This document shows, piece after piece, positions 9,346 to 18,354 of a stretch of DNA of 64,000 nucleotides. Within the stretch, counting starts at the first letter, position 1. Each line of letters starts with the position of its first letter. This DNA is from Streptosporangiaceae bacterium. GTDB taxonomy: Bacteria > Actinomycetota > Actinomycetes > Streptosporangiales > Streptosporangiaceae. The stretch spans positions 39 through 64,038 of the forward strand of contig DASXKI010000386.1 in the NCBI GenBank assembly GCA_036496945.1. The letters are read 5' to 3'. The position numbers were made by a program, and so were the translations under genes. The notes under the pieces are model-generated. The model did no database searches. It saw only the letters and a program-made list of their open reading frames with translations, and had not been told where the DNA came from.

Positions 9346-10714
9346 GCGGCAGCCGAATAGAGGGTCAGGCCGTCCCCGGAGAGCAGAGCGTCAGCGCGCG
9401 CCCGGGCGCAGGTGGGGGTAGACCTCACGGGCGACGTAACGCTTGAGGCAGCGGATGATCTCCTTCTTGGACAGGCCCTCCTCGGTGCGCCGCTGGACGT
9501 AGGCGCGGGTGGGAGGATGCGAGCTCATCCGGGTGATCACGATCCGCCACAGGGCGTGGTTGGCGGAGCGGTCGCCGCCGGGGTTGAGGCGGTGGCGGGT
9601 GACTTTCCCGGAGGATGCGGGAATCGGGGCGGTCGCGCACAGGTGCGCCCACGCCGCCTCGGAGCGGAGCCGTTCGGGATGGTCCCCGGCGGCGATGAGC
9701 AGCAGCGCCGCGGTGTCCGGGCCGATCCCGTAGAGAGCGAGTAAGCCGGCCGCGCGGGCTGTCACGAGCGGGACGATGAGCTCGTCGAGGCGGTCCAGCT
9801 GACCGTCGAGGAACTCCGCGCGCCGTCCCAGCTCGCGCAGCGCGATCCGGGTCGCGTAGCCGACGACGTCGCCGGGACGGGGCCGCAGCGAGGCCAGTTC
9901 GGTGACCAGCGCCGCTGTGGCGTGCCGGGCGAACCGGCCCCGGATGTCGTCGGGCCCGGTCAGGACAAGGGCCCTGGCCTGGTTGATGGTCTGGGTTCGC
10001 TCGGAGCGGGCGCTGCGCTTGGCGACCATCAGCGCGCGGATCGCCTCGACGGTGCCGTCCCGGCCCTTGGGCGCGCCGCGGGCCCTGCCGGACTGGGCCG
10101 CCCGGGCGGCGCTGACGGCATCGAGAGGGTCGGACTTGCCCTGCCGGCGCCGGTCCTGCCGGTCGGAGCGATCTACCTCCACCACCCGGACGCCCGCTGC
10201 GGCGATATGCCGGGCCAGGCCGGCGCCGTAACTGCCGGTGCCCTCGATCCCGACCAGGCACACGGTCCCGAACCCGCCCAGCCAGCCCAGCAGCCGGGTG
10301 TAGCCGGCCGGGGTGACCGGGAACTCCGCGACGCCGAGTAACCCGCCGATGGGATCAAGCGCAGCGGCGACGTGCACGTCAGCATGAGTGTCCACGCCGC
10401 CAGTGATGGCGCGTGTCTCTACGATGGTCAATGCCATCCCTCTTCTCAGGGTTGAAGGGGTGGCACGCACCCGCTGGCCGTCGGACCTGTGAACCCCAGC
10501 CTCTGATCCAGGCCAGGCAGATCAGACCGGCAGCGCCGGTGGGTGCCATAAAACCTGGGACCCGGCCGACAGATCGTGTCGCAAGACAACCCCAGCGGCG
10601 TCAGCCGAATAGGAGGTCAGGCCGGGACCCAGGCCCCCGACCCTACGCCCGTACCATCGCAAATCCAGGGAAGCCTGGCCGGAAGCACTACCCACATCCT
10701 CCCTGCCGAATAGG
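9346..10714 (-). mobile_element. IS110-family insertion sequence (boundaries approximate)
   Basis: Contains an intact IS110-type transposase. A GCCGAATAG motif occurs at 9352-9360, 10604-10612 and 10705-10713. A 27-bp imperfect direct repeat (24/27 identical) at 9346-9372 and 10598-10624 brackets the ORF. No terminal inverted repeats were seen, as expected for this family. Confidence 0.5.
9391..10437 (-). CDS. IS110 family transposase (DEDD/RuvC-like N-domain plus Transposase_20-type C-domain)
   Basis: GGVDTHADVHVAAALD ... VGIEGTGSYGAGLARH ... VVEVDR at the N-terminus. LLALYGIGPDTAALLLIAAG ... APIPASSGKVTRHRLNPGGDRSANHALW at the C-terminus. ATG 10437 (MALTIVE) is chosen over the tracked start at 10470. 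Confidence 0.9.
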   Translation of the reverse strand: MALTIVETRAITGGVDTHADVHVAAALDPIGGLLGVAEFPVTPAGYTRLLGWLGGFGTVCLVGIEGTGSYGAGLARHIAAAGVRVVEVDRSDRQDRRRQGKSDPLDAVSAARAAQSGRARGAPKGRDGTVEAIRALMVAKRSARSERTQTINQARALVLTGPDDIRGRFARHATAALVTELASLRPRPGDVVGYATRIALRELGRRAEFLDGQLDRLDELIVPLVTARAAGLLALYGIGPDTAALLLIAAGDHPERLRSEAAWAHLCATAPIPASSGKVTRHRLNPGGDRSANHALWRIVITRMSSHPPTRAYVQRRTEEGLSKKEIIRCLKRYVAREVYPHLRPGAR

Positions 10715-11197
10715 CGCGTTTACAGTTCAGTGAGCCCAGCCCCGTGGGACCACGCAGAATATCTGTTCAGCAGCGCCCCTCCGGCTGTCGGCGCAGGCGC
10801 GCAGGGTCGCTCTGACCGCGCTACCTGGCGCCTCTGGGTTATGAGCAGAACGACCCACGTCTTCTGGGTCTCTCGTGTCTCCATACGTCTCGTTGACCGG
10901 GCTGCGACATCCCTGGCGGTGCCAGGTGTCGCGCCTGGCCTCCTCGGACTCAGCCGGTCTCGTTAGCAAATCCGTTAGCACAGCGAGCGCGGCTAGCCCC
11001 AGCTTGGAAGATCGGTGATGCCGCAGCTAATGCGGGCCTAGTCGATTGCCGTCCTCCTTATAGTGCGGCACCGCCCGTGAGTGACCGCTAGTCGCCTGCG
11101 AAGGCCCCGGCTCGTGGCCCGTTTGTGGCCCGTGCGCTGACTGCCTGGCATCCCAGGTCTGGGCCGACCGGGACAAGCAATTGAGACACTGGCAGTT

Positions 11198-11245
11198 TTG
11201 ACAGCCGCTAAGAGGTGCCGTACTGTCTTAGCAATCTAAGACAGT
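11198..11245 (+). promoter_or_regulatory. sigma-70-like promoter (TTGACA-N17-TACTGT) overlapped by a perfect 10-4-10 palindrome ACTGTCTTAG-CAAT-CTAAGACAGT (candidate YtrA/GntR operator)
   Basis: TTGACA at 11198-11203, a 17-nt spacer, TACTGT at 11221-11226. The palindrome at 11222-11245 ends right before GGAG at 11246-11249 and the GTG start at 11257. Confidence 0.55.
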
Positions 11246-11256
11246 GGAGCTCTGAC

Positions 11257-11649
11257 GTGATCAGATTCCGGGTGGACGGGCGGTCCGGAGTGCCGCCCTA
11301 CCAGCAGATCGTGCAGCAGGTCCGGCAGGCCTTGCGGATGGGGGTGCTGGACGTCGGTGACCAGCTCCCGAGCGTGCGGGACGTGGTCGCGGTGGCCGTG
11401 GTGAACGCCAATACGGTGCTGAAGGCCTACCGCGACCTGGAGCGCGAGGGCCTGATCGAGGCGCGATCCGGGCAGGGCACGTTCGTGCGCGCCCGGCCGC
11501 CGGGCCCCCCGCCCGGCACATACTCCCGGCTCGGCCGCGCCCTGGCCACGTGGGTGCGCCAAGCGCGCGCCGCCGGGCTGGATGACGATGCGATCGAGTC
11601 GCTGCTGCGGGGCACGCTGCAGGCGCCTGCTGAGGAGGACATCGCGTGA
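11257..11649 (+). CDS. GntR family transcriptional regulator, YtrA subfamily
   Basis: Short (130 aa) GntR winged-helix protein: PPYQQIVQQVRQALRMGVLDVGDQLPSVRDVVAVAVVNANTVLKAYRDLEREGLIEARSGQGTFV. Followed by ABC ATPase and permease genes, the classic YtrA arrangement. GTG 11257 follows GGAG. Confidence 0.85.
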   Translation: MIRFRVDGRSGVPPYQQIVQQVRQALRMGVLDVGDQLPSVRDVVAVAVVNANTVLKAYRDLEREGLIEARSGQGTFVRARPPGPPPGTYSRLGRALATWVRQARAAGLDDDAIESLLRGTLQAPAEEDIA

Positions 11650-12557
11650 CCACCGTGATCGAGACCAGCGGGCTGACCAAGCGATATCGCCGGGTCACCG
11701 CACTGAGCGACTGCACGGTCAGCGTTCCCGAGGGCCGGATATCCGCGCTCGTCGGGCCGAACGGCGCGGGCAAGACCACGCTCCTGCGGCTCCTTGCCGG
11801 GCTCGCCACACCGACCACAGGCCAGGCCACCGTGCTCGGCGGCACACCACGCCAGGACCCGGCATACCTGGCGGAGGTCGGCTTCCTCGCCCAGGAGGCC
11901 CCGCTGTACCGGCGACGCACCACCGAAGACCACATCGGCATCGGCGCACACCTGAACCCGCGCTGGGACGCCGAGTCCGTGCGGGCCCGGCTGAGCAGAG
12001 TGCGGATACCGCTGGACCGGCCGGTGGGCACGCTGTCGGGGGGCCAGCGCGCCCAGGTCGCGCTCGCGCTCACCCTTGCCAAGCGGCCGGGGCTCTTGCT
12101 GCTCGACGAGCCGCTCGCCGCGCTCGACCCGCTGGCCCGGCAGCGCTTCCTCGGCACCCTGGCCGAGGCGGCCGCGGGTGGCGACCTAACCGTCGTGCTG
12201 TCCTCGCACCTGATCGCGGACATCGAACGGGTCTGTGACCACCTCATCCTGCTGGCCGAATCCCGGGTGCAGGTGTGCGGCGACGTCGAGACGCTGCTGG
12301 AAGAGCACCGGATCCTCACCGGCCCGCGCAAGGACACGACAGCCATCGCGCGTACGCATGCGATCGTGCGGGAGGACACCACGCCGCGGCAGACAACGCT
12401 GCTGGTCCGGCTGAACGGCCCGGTCATCGATCCCGCCTGGGCCATCAACGAAGCGAACATGGAGGAAATAGTGCTCGCCTACATGAGCCAGGACGACCCC
12501 GACTACGCCGCCGGCCCCGACGTCACCCGCCTGTCAGCGGTAGGAGAAGACCGATGA
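11646..12557 (+). CDS. ABC transporter ATP-binding protein (ABC-2/DrrA-like)
   Basis: Walker A GPNGAGKTT, signature LSGGQRAQV, Walker B LLLLDEP. GTGA overlap with the gntR stop. Confidence 0.9.
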   Translation: MTTVIETSGLTKRYRRVTALSDCTVSVPEGRISALVGPNGAGKTTLLRLLAGLATPTTGQATVLGGTPRQDPAYLAEVGFLAQEAPLYRRRTTEDHIGIGAHLNPRWDAESVRARLSRVRIPLDRPVGTLSGGQRAQVALALTLAKRPGLLLLDEPLAALDPLARQRFLGTLAEAAAGGDLTVVLSSHLIADIERVCDHLILLAESRVQVCGDVETLLEEHRILTGPRKDTTAIARTHAIVREDTTPRQTTLLVRLNGPVIDPAWAINEANMEEIVLAYMSQDDPDYAAGPDVTRLSAVGEDR

Positions 12558-13534
12558 CCTGGGTCACCTGGCAGCAGTACCGATACCAGGCCGCATTCGC
12601 CGCCGCGCTGCTCGCCGCACTGGCCGTCGTGCTGCTGATCACCGGCCTACACGCGGCAGCCGTATGGCACTCCGCCCTGACCCACTGCGCGACCGACGAT
12701 TCCTGCGCCAGCCTGGCCGGCTCGAACCTCTCCCTCGGCAACGCGATCTTCGCAACGCTCGTCGTCGCAACCTCGGCCGTGCCAGTGCTGCCCGGGCTGC
12801 TCTGGGGCGCCCCGACAGTGGCAACCGAGCTGGAGACCGGAACGAACCAGTTCGCCTGGACGCAGAGCATCACCAGGCGGCGCTGGCTGGCAGTCCGGGC
12901 AGGCTGGCTGCTGCTCGCCGCCGCCGTCATCGCCGGGGCGGTCTCGGCCATCGTCACCTGGTGGTCAGGACCGTACAACGCGCTGACCGCCGACGCCTTC
13001 CAGGTCAACCGGTTCGACGTCACCGACATCGTGCCGGTCGGCTACGCGATCTTCGCGATGGCCCTCGGGATCTGCGCCGGCACCCTGCTGCGCCGCACCC
13101 TGCCCGCGCTGGGCATCACCCTGGCCGGCTTCGGTTCCGTCCGGCTCCTCATCGCGCTCTGGCTCCGCCTGCACTACATGACCCCGGTCACCGTGTACTA
13201 CAAGCTCACGGCACCATTCACGCCCTCAGGCTCTTATCTGCTGGTCACGAACGGATTCGTCGGTCCAGACGGCAAGCCCGCCGCGCTCGATTACGCCGTT
13301 CCCAACTACAACGGGGTGCCGCTCCCGCCCGCATGCCTTCGCGCTATGCAGAACAACCCGAACCCCCAAACCGCTCTGCCCTGCCTGGCCACGCACGGCT
13401 ACCAGGGCTCCATGACCTACCAGCCAGCCAGCCGCTTCTGGGCCTTCCAAGGCATCGAGACCGCCATCTTCGTGGTGCTCGCCGCCGTCCTGATCGGCAT
13501 CACCTTCTGGGTCCTCCGCCGCCGGGACGCATAA
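12554..13534 (+). CDS. ABC-2-type transporter permease
   Basis: ATGA overlap with the ATPase stop and an AGGAGA RBS. About 6 predicted hydrophobic helices (LLAALAVVLLITGL, VVATSAVPVLPGLLWGA, LLLAAAVIAGAV, and others). The first 93 aa of the tracked ORF are an out-of-context extension. Confidence 0.75.
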   Translation: MTWVTWQQYRYQAAFAAALLAALAVVLLITGLHAAAVWHSALTHCATDDSCASLAGSNLSLGNAIFATLVVATSAVPVLPGLLWGAPTVATELETGTNQFAWTQSITRRRWLAVRAGWLLLAAAVIAGAVSAIVTWWSGPYNALTADAFQVNRFDVTDIVPVGYAIFAMALGICAGTLLRRTLPALGITLAGFGSVRLLIALWLRLHYMTPVTVYYKLTAPFTPSGSYLLVTNGFVGPDGKPAALDYAVPNYNGVPLPPACLRAMQNNPNPQTALPCLATHGYQGSMTYQPASRFWAFQGIETAIFVVLAAVLIGITFWVLRRRDA

Positions 13535-14417
13535 CCAGGACTCCTGCGGCCACTGGAGATTCCGACACCTGCTTTATCACCGCAGCTGCCATAGCCGGCG
13601 ACTCTCGGCCGGGTTCAGTCGGGAGTGGCCGCGGGCCATCGCGCAGCGACGCGAAGCGCTCTCGACGGGCTCCGCCGCCGCCTCCGCCGTCGTCGCCGCA
13701 GCAGGGCTTGCTCCCACCGATAACTGGCAGGACGGCGACCTCAGGTGGCGGTTGGATATCCGCCGGGCGATCCAAGTTGTCACGGCTTGCGGGGCGGCGC
13801 GTCCAGATCATTCTTTCGGTGCGGCGTCGATGGGCCACAGTGATTGGAGGGGCTGGCGCGCAGATCGGCGGTTCGCGTACGTCTCCTGCCGTTCACGCGG
13901 GGTTAAGTCGGCCGGGCCGTCCGCCTGGCGGCGCTCGCCTGCCAGGCGGCGAGCGCAAGCACACCCCCGGCCGCCTTCGCCACTTGCCGGTGTATGTCAT
14001 ATGCCCATATTGCCCCTTTGTCGCCAGTCGCCAGCCGGAGACTGCAACAGCGCACCTACCCGCCGGAGCCTTGCGCACGCGCCCGGATGCGGCTCGCTAC
14101 TGTAGGCAACCGCAAAGCGGGACAGTGATGCCCGGGTGGGCCGGGTCGTGGGTCGGGCGGCGTCGCCGGCCGCGCGGTAACGGCCGCCAAGCTAGTCCTA
14201 CCGAGCGTCTGCGGGCTGGCAGCATCGGGCGCAGGGGATTCGGGGCGTCAGATTCCACCGGCAGCGCATGTTGGAGCGCTGTCAAGAACTCCGCCTGCTC
14301 GCTAGTGGTCCGTGCAACGTCGGCGCAGCGACTACGCTGTGCCCGCGGGCCCGGTGATTCCGTGCCTGGTCCTGGTAGCCGCCGCGCGCTCTGCGCCCAC
14401 GTCAGGGAGTTTGCGTC

Positions 14418-15191
14418 ATGAGCGTCCCTGAGACGGAGCCGGCCCAGGGCGCAGAACGCGGGGCTACCTTCGCGCCAGGGAAGGCGGATCCGTGGGACGA
14501 TCCGCGGCTGCCGTGGCACGGGAAGCCGCGGGCAGCCGACATCCTTTGCTGGCTGGGCATCGCGCTCAGTGGTTTGTTCTACTGGGCCCTGCTGCCGTTG
14601 CGGGTGTCGCTGGTCGGTACTCACCCGGTAGTGGCTGAACTGCTAAACGGCGGCACCGAATCCATCATCTCGGCCGCCGCGTTCGCCAGGGGCGGGAACG
14701 GAACGCTGGCCGTGGCGGTGCTCGCCGCCATTCCAGGTCTGATGAAGTCCGATGCCTTGTTCTGGTGGGCGGGGCGGCTGTGGGGCGAGCGGTTCATCAT
14801 GGTCCTGCCCGGGAGCCGGCGCGTGGCTAGGCACCTGGAGCGCGGGCAGCGGGCCGGCCGCAAATTCACCTGGCCAGCGGTGGTGGTCAGCTCCTTCCTC
14901 CCAGTCCCCAGGGCAGTCGTCTTTGTCCTAGCCGGCTGGGCCGGGATGAGGCTGGTCACGTTCCTCATCCTGGATCTGATTGGCGCTGTGCTGTGGGTCG
15001 GCCTGCTTGCTGGGCTGGGGTACGCGCTAGGGCACAACGCGGTCGTCGCAGCCATGACTATCTCGCGCTACAGCTGGTGGTTCACAATCGGAATCGTGAC
15101 GCTGAGCGTGCTTTCTATGGTGCGCTCAAGGCGCCGGCTGACGGCGGCCGCGGCGGCTGCGGCCGACCAGAGTGGCGATGACCTCCGGTGA
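14418..15191 (+). CDS. DedA/VTT-domain family membrane protein
   Basis: Multi-pass membrane ORF with the pattern F.PVPRAVV...AG...M....F...D..GA..W...L...GY. GGGAG RBS 8 nt upstream of the ATG. Confidence 0.7.
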   Translation: MSVPETEPAQGAERGATFAPGKADPWDDPRLPWHGKPRAADILCWLGIALSGLFYWALLPLRVSLVGTHPVVAELLNGGTESIISAAAFARGGNGTLAVAVLAAIPGLMKSDALFWWAGRLWGERFIMVLPGSRRVARHLERGQRAGRKFTWPAVVVSSFLPVPRAVVFVLAGWAGMRLVTFLILDLIGAVLWVGLLAGLGYALGHNAVVAAMTISRYSWWFTIGIVTLSVLSMVRSRRRLTAAAAAAADQSGDDLR

Positions 15192-15305
15192 GGTAAACCT
15201 GTCTGCAGCTGGCAGGAACGAAGCGTCCGAGCGACTCGCGGCATAGACCGGACGCATAACTAAGTCTTGTTCAGCCCGGCTGCGGCGCCTAAGTGCTGGT
15301 TAGAA

Positions 15306-15347
15306 GGCACCCTCAGGACTGGCTGAGGCCAGATTCCTGAGGGTGCC
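15306..15347. terminator. long near-perfect hairpin (13-bp outer stem plus 5-bp inner stem), possible dedA terminator
   Basis: GGCACCCTCAGGA-CTGGC-tgag-GCCAG-at-TCCTGAGGGTGCC, read directly from the sequence. It lies 115 nt after the dedA stop. No U-tract. Confidence 0.35.
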
Positions 15348-15748
15348 CGCAGTGCGTCTCCAGGATTGCTAGAGAGCAACCCTTGGAGGCGTCTGACGAT
15401 GAGCGAACATCGCGGGCACCTCCTTCCTGGTCCAGAGGACATTTCTTCGCCGCGCGGCCCGGCCACTGTAAGACTGCACGCCGACTGGCGCAACGCATTT
15501 ACCCGGCGGCCAGGATCGTCACGCGCTCCGCGGGTCACGGCACGTTGCCGATAGGCGCACTGGCGGCGACGCGCGCAGCCTCAGGCCGTGCCGGTTAACC
15601 GGTGTTGCCGCCGAGCCGAACTCGCGCCCCTGCCAAGCCCGGCCTGCCGCAGTCTCCAGGGCCAGCCGAAGATGCCCGTCTTGCTTATCTGAAGAATGAC
15701 AACTACCGGGCAGCGAACTGCGGGCGCGGCAGCGCGGTGATCATCACC

Positions 15749-16372
15749 GTGGCGCGGCACCTCACCGGGGCCGCTCGCCCGGTACCGTTCTCATGTCGGT
15801 CAGGTCGGAGGGGTGCCGGCGCCGCCGAGTGGACAGACGGGATTGACGAGGAGGTCACGGTTACCGCGTCCGGGGAAACAGGCCGCAGGTCCATCGCCTC
15901 GAATCGGCGGGCCCGGCATGACTACACGATCCTCAAGACGTACGAGGCCGGGATAGTCCTGGCCGGTGACGAGGTGAAGTCCCTGCGCGCCGGCCATGCG
16001 TCGCTGGCCGGGGCGTTCGTTCAGGAACACGACGGCGAGCTGATGCTCCACGGCCTGCACATCCCCGAGCACGCGTACGGCCGCCACGGCACCCGCGTCC
16101 TGGACCAGCCCCGGCGGACCCGCAAGCTGCTCATGCACCGCAGCGAGATCGACAAGATCACCGCGAGGCTGGGCGAGGCCGGCGTTACCCTCGTGCCGCT
16201 GTCGCTGTACTTCCAGGACGGCTGGGCGAAGGTGGAGATCGCCCTGGCGCGCGGCCGGCGGTCTTTCGACAAGCGGCAGGCAATCGCCCAGCGGGACGCC
16301 GACCGGGAAATTGCCCGCGAGCTCAGCGATCGGCTACGCGGGAGGCGACGACGCGGCCGCGGGCCGAGCTGA
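15749..16372 (+). CDS. smpB: SsrA-binding protein SmpB, context-orphan paralog with uncertain start
   Basis: [43 protein letters not shown] ... [13 protein letters not shown] ... [30 protein letters not shown] is an SmpB signature. The canonical start position (15860, 5 nt after GAGGAGG) reads GTT. The nearest in-frame starts are GTG 15749 and 15737. Confidence 0.75.
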   Translation: MARHLTGAARPVPFSCRSGRRGAGAAEWTDGIDEEVTVTASGETGRRSIASNRRARHDYTILKTYEAGIVLAGDEVKSLRAGHASLAGAFVQEHDGELMLHGLHIPEHAYGRHGTRVLDQPRRTRKLLMHRSEIDKITARLGEAGVTLVPLSLYFQDGWAKVEIALARGRRSFDKRQAIAQRDADREIARELSDRLRGRRRRGRGPS

Positions 16373-16752
16373 GACGCCGATAGGACAGGCATCGTTGTGC
16401 GCCACCACACGCCGCGGGATGAGGACAACACCTGGCAGACCTGGATGACCGCCATCTGCGGCAGCATGCACTACGGCGCCGCGCCGCACTGGGCAGACGC
16501 TGTCCCTCTGGCCGGGTGGCACCGACTGCTTTCGCCAGCATCGCTCACACCACCATCGACACGCCCGTCGTCTACGAGCTCTGGCGGCGACCCGAGCGGC
16601 TCGGACGGATTCTCGCTGAGACAGCCCGCCAACCACAGCACGTTACGGCGATCGCTGCGTCCAGGCTTGCCCGGTTAGAAGGCCTCATCAGCTGGTCAGC
16701 TCGCAGCCTGATCCAGGCACGCAGCCTTGAACGCCGTGCCACGGGGGACGCG

Positions 16753-18354
16753 TCAGACCGTGCTCCAGAACGAGCAGTGGTGCGCGGCCGCGTAGTCCGT
16801 CTCCAGCTGCGGGCGCGGCGGGACAAGGGACAGCGCCCGCTGGTCGCTGGCTGTGAACCTGGGCCAGCCGAGGGCGGGGACGCTGGCCTTGGCGAAGTTC
16901 GTCCAGTCTTGCTTCATGGCCTGTGCCAGCTGCTGCTGCTCTCCCGACAAGGTGCCCGAGTGGGCGGTGTTGCCCAGGTCGAACAGGTACTGAAGCTCGA
17001 ACGTGTGCGCCGCCCCGTACGGGAACCCGACGGAGGGCAGGGAGCGGTCGGGGGCGTTCTGGTCGTTGAACTCGTAGGCGTAGGTCGGCGTGTACTGAGA
17101 CAGGTCCTTTTCCGCGACGAGTGCGGGGCAGGCGAAGATGGCGTCGGTACCGACCGCGCCGAGAGCGACCGCCGGGATGGAGTAGCTGCTCAGCGGGTAC
17201 TCCTTGGCTACTACCGAAGCCCTGCTCGCGGGCAGGGAGAGGGTTGAGGAAATGTCCGCCACGTAGTTAGCGGCGGTCACCGGCGGGGCGCCGTAGAGCT
17301 GGTTCTGGCCGATGAATGACCGCCACTCGTCGTGGTTGGTCCCGATGATGACCGGCACATGGCTGAACTGGCCGGTGGCCAGAGCTGTGCCGATCGACCG
17401 CGGCAGCACCGCGCTGTCGATGTTGGGGTAGTAGCCGCCGGTGTCCTCAGTGTCGAGGATGGTGGACACCGGCAGGCGGCGCAGGCAGGCCGCGGCATTG
17501 GCCGCGGAATTGCTGGCGCAGCCGACCTTGGCGGCGAAGGCCGCCCCGGACGACTCGGCGCTGGCCAGCGATGGCTGGGCCAGGTTGTAAGTGCCGCTTT
17601 CCACGATGGCCCGCCGGAACAGCCCGCGAGCACCGGGCGAGATTAGCTGCGCCAATACAGACAGCCCGCCTGCTGACTCGCCGAACAGGGTCACGTTACG
17701 GGGGTCGCCGCCGAAGCCGCGGATGTTGCGCTGCACCCAGCCGAGCGCGGCCTGCTGGTCCATCAGCCCGTAGTCGCCGGACGGCCCGCCCGGTGCGCTG
17801 GCCAGTGCCGTGTCGGCCAGGAAGCCGAGCGCCCCGAGTCGGTAGTTGATCGTGACAACGATGACGCCGCTGCGTACCAGCGCGGCGGGGTTGTAGTCGT
17901 TGCTCTCGCCGGTCAGCAGCGACCCGCCGTGGATCCACGCCATGACCGGCAGGTTGCGGTCCCTGGCGTCCGCTGGCGCGAAGACGTTCAGGTACAGGCA
18001 GTCCTCGGACGTGCTGGCCACGCCGAAGTCCGGCTGCGCGCAGTGCGCGGCGAAGCTCGTGACCTGACGGATGCCATGCCAGGGCGCGACGGGATGCGGG
18101 GGCTGCCAGCGCAGCGCGCCGACGGGCGGGGCCGCATACGGGATGCCCAGGTACTCGGCCGTTGCCCCGGCGGCCTTGCCCCGGACCATGCCATCGGCGG
18201 TGCGCACGATGGCGGCGCGGCCGGATCCCTGGCCGGGCGAGGCGGTCGAGGCGGCGGCCGAACAACCGGCCAGCGTGGCGGCGACCAGGCAGGCAACGGC
18301 GGCTATCCGGATACGGGAACTCAAGCGCCGCAGCCCTTCCACCCGGGCGATCAT
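16753..18354 (-). CDS. type-B carboxylesterase/lipase family protein, lipoprotein signal
   Basis: GIPYAAPPVG.LRW, EDCLYLNVFAP, the oxyanion motif WIHGG, and the nucleophile GESAGG. The signal peptide carries a LAGC lipobox from ATG 18354 (MIARVEGLRR...). Confidence 0.9.
   Translation of the reverse strand: MIARVEGLRRLSSRIRIAAVACLVAATLAGCSAAASTASPGQGSGRAAIVRTADGMVRGKAAGATAEYLGIPYAAPPVGALRWQPPHPVAPWHGIRQVTSFAAHCAQPDFGVASTSEDCLYLNVFAPADARDRNLPVMAWIHGGSLLTGESNDYNPAALVRSGVIVVTINYRLGALGFLADTALASAPGGPSGDYGLMDQQAALGWVQRNIRGFGGDPRNVTLFGESAGGLSVLAQLISPGARGLFRRAIVESGTYNLAQPSLASAESSGAAFAAKVGCASNSAANAAACLRRLPVSTILDTEDTGGYYPNIDSAVLPRSIGTALATGQFSHVPVIIGTNHDEWRSFIGQNQLYGAPPVTAANYVADISSTLSLPASRASVVAKEYPLSSYSIPAVALGAVGTDAIFACPALVAEKDLSQYTPTYAYEFNDQNAPDRSLPSVGFPYGAAHTFELQYLFDLGNTAHSGTLSGEQQQLAQAMKQDWTNFAKASVPALGWPRFTASDQRALSLVPPRPQLETDYAAAHHCSFWSTV

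Noticed and set aside
7705-9390. A tRNA gene or att site next to the integrase pseudogene.
   Set aside because: I scanned for T-loop-like GGTTCGA/GGTTCAA contexts and cloverleaf-sized palindromes. Only a simple hairpin (8004-8037) was found, and no tRNA-like sequence occurs anywhere in the window.
11261-12460. Long antisense ORFs such as 11261..12460(-), 12664..14421(+), 27009..28367(-), 29092..30222(-), 35757..36845(-), 45989..47104(-) and 61081..62541(-).
   Set aside because: They are Arg/Pro/Ala/Gly-rich shadow frames of well-supported genes on the other strand or frame. This is expected in GC-rich DNA where stop codons are rare. None shows a recognisable motif or an RBS.
15192-16752. A tmRNA (ssrA) gene next to smpB, including a stretch encoding ...KNDNYRAAN... 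(about 15690-15720) that superficially recalls the ANDENYALAA tag.
   Set aside because: There is no stop codon after the AA, no GGGG/acceptor-like 5' end, and no T-arm (GGTTCGA-type) or CCA 3' end anywhere in the flanks. The resemblance is most likely coincidental.
16516-17247. A plus-strand ORF whose first 80 aa or so (…IAHTTIDTPVVYELWRRPERLGRILAETAR…) look protein-like, in the smpB/esterase gap.
   Set aside because: Beyond 16753 it is merely antisense to the esterase gene. The upstream part has moderate GC3, no RBS and no recognisable family, so it is possibly another remnant but cannot be called.
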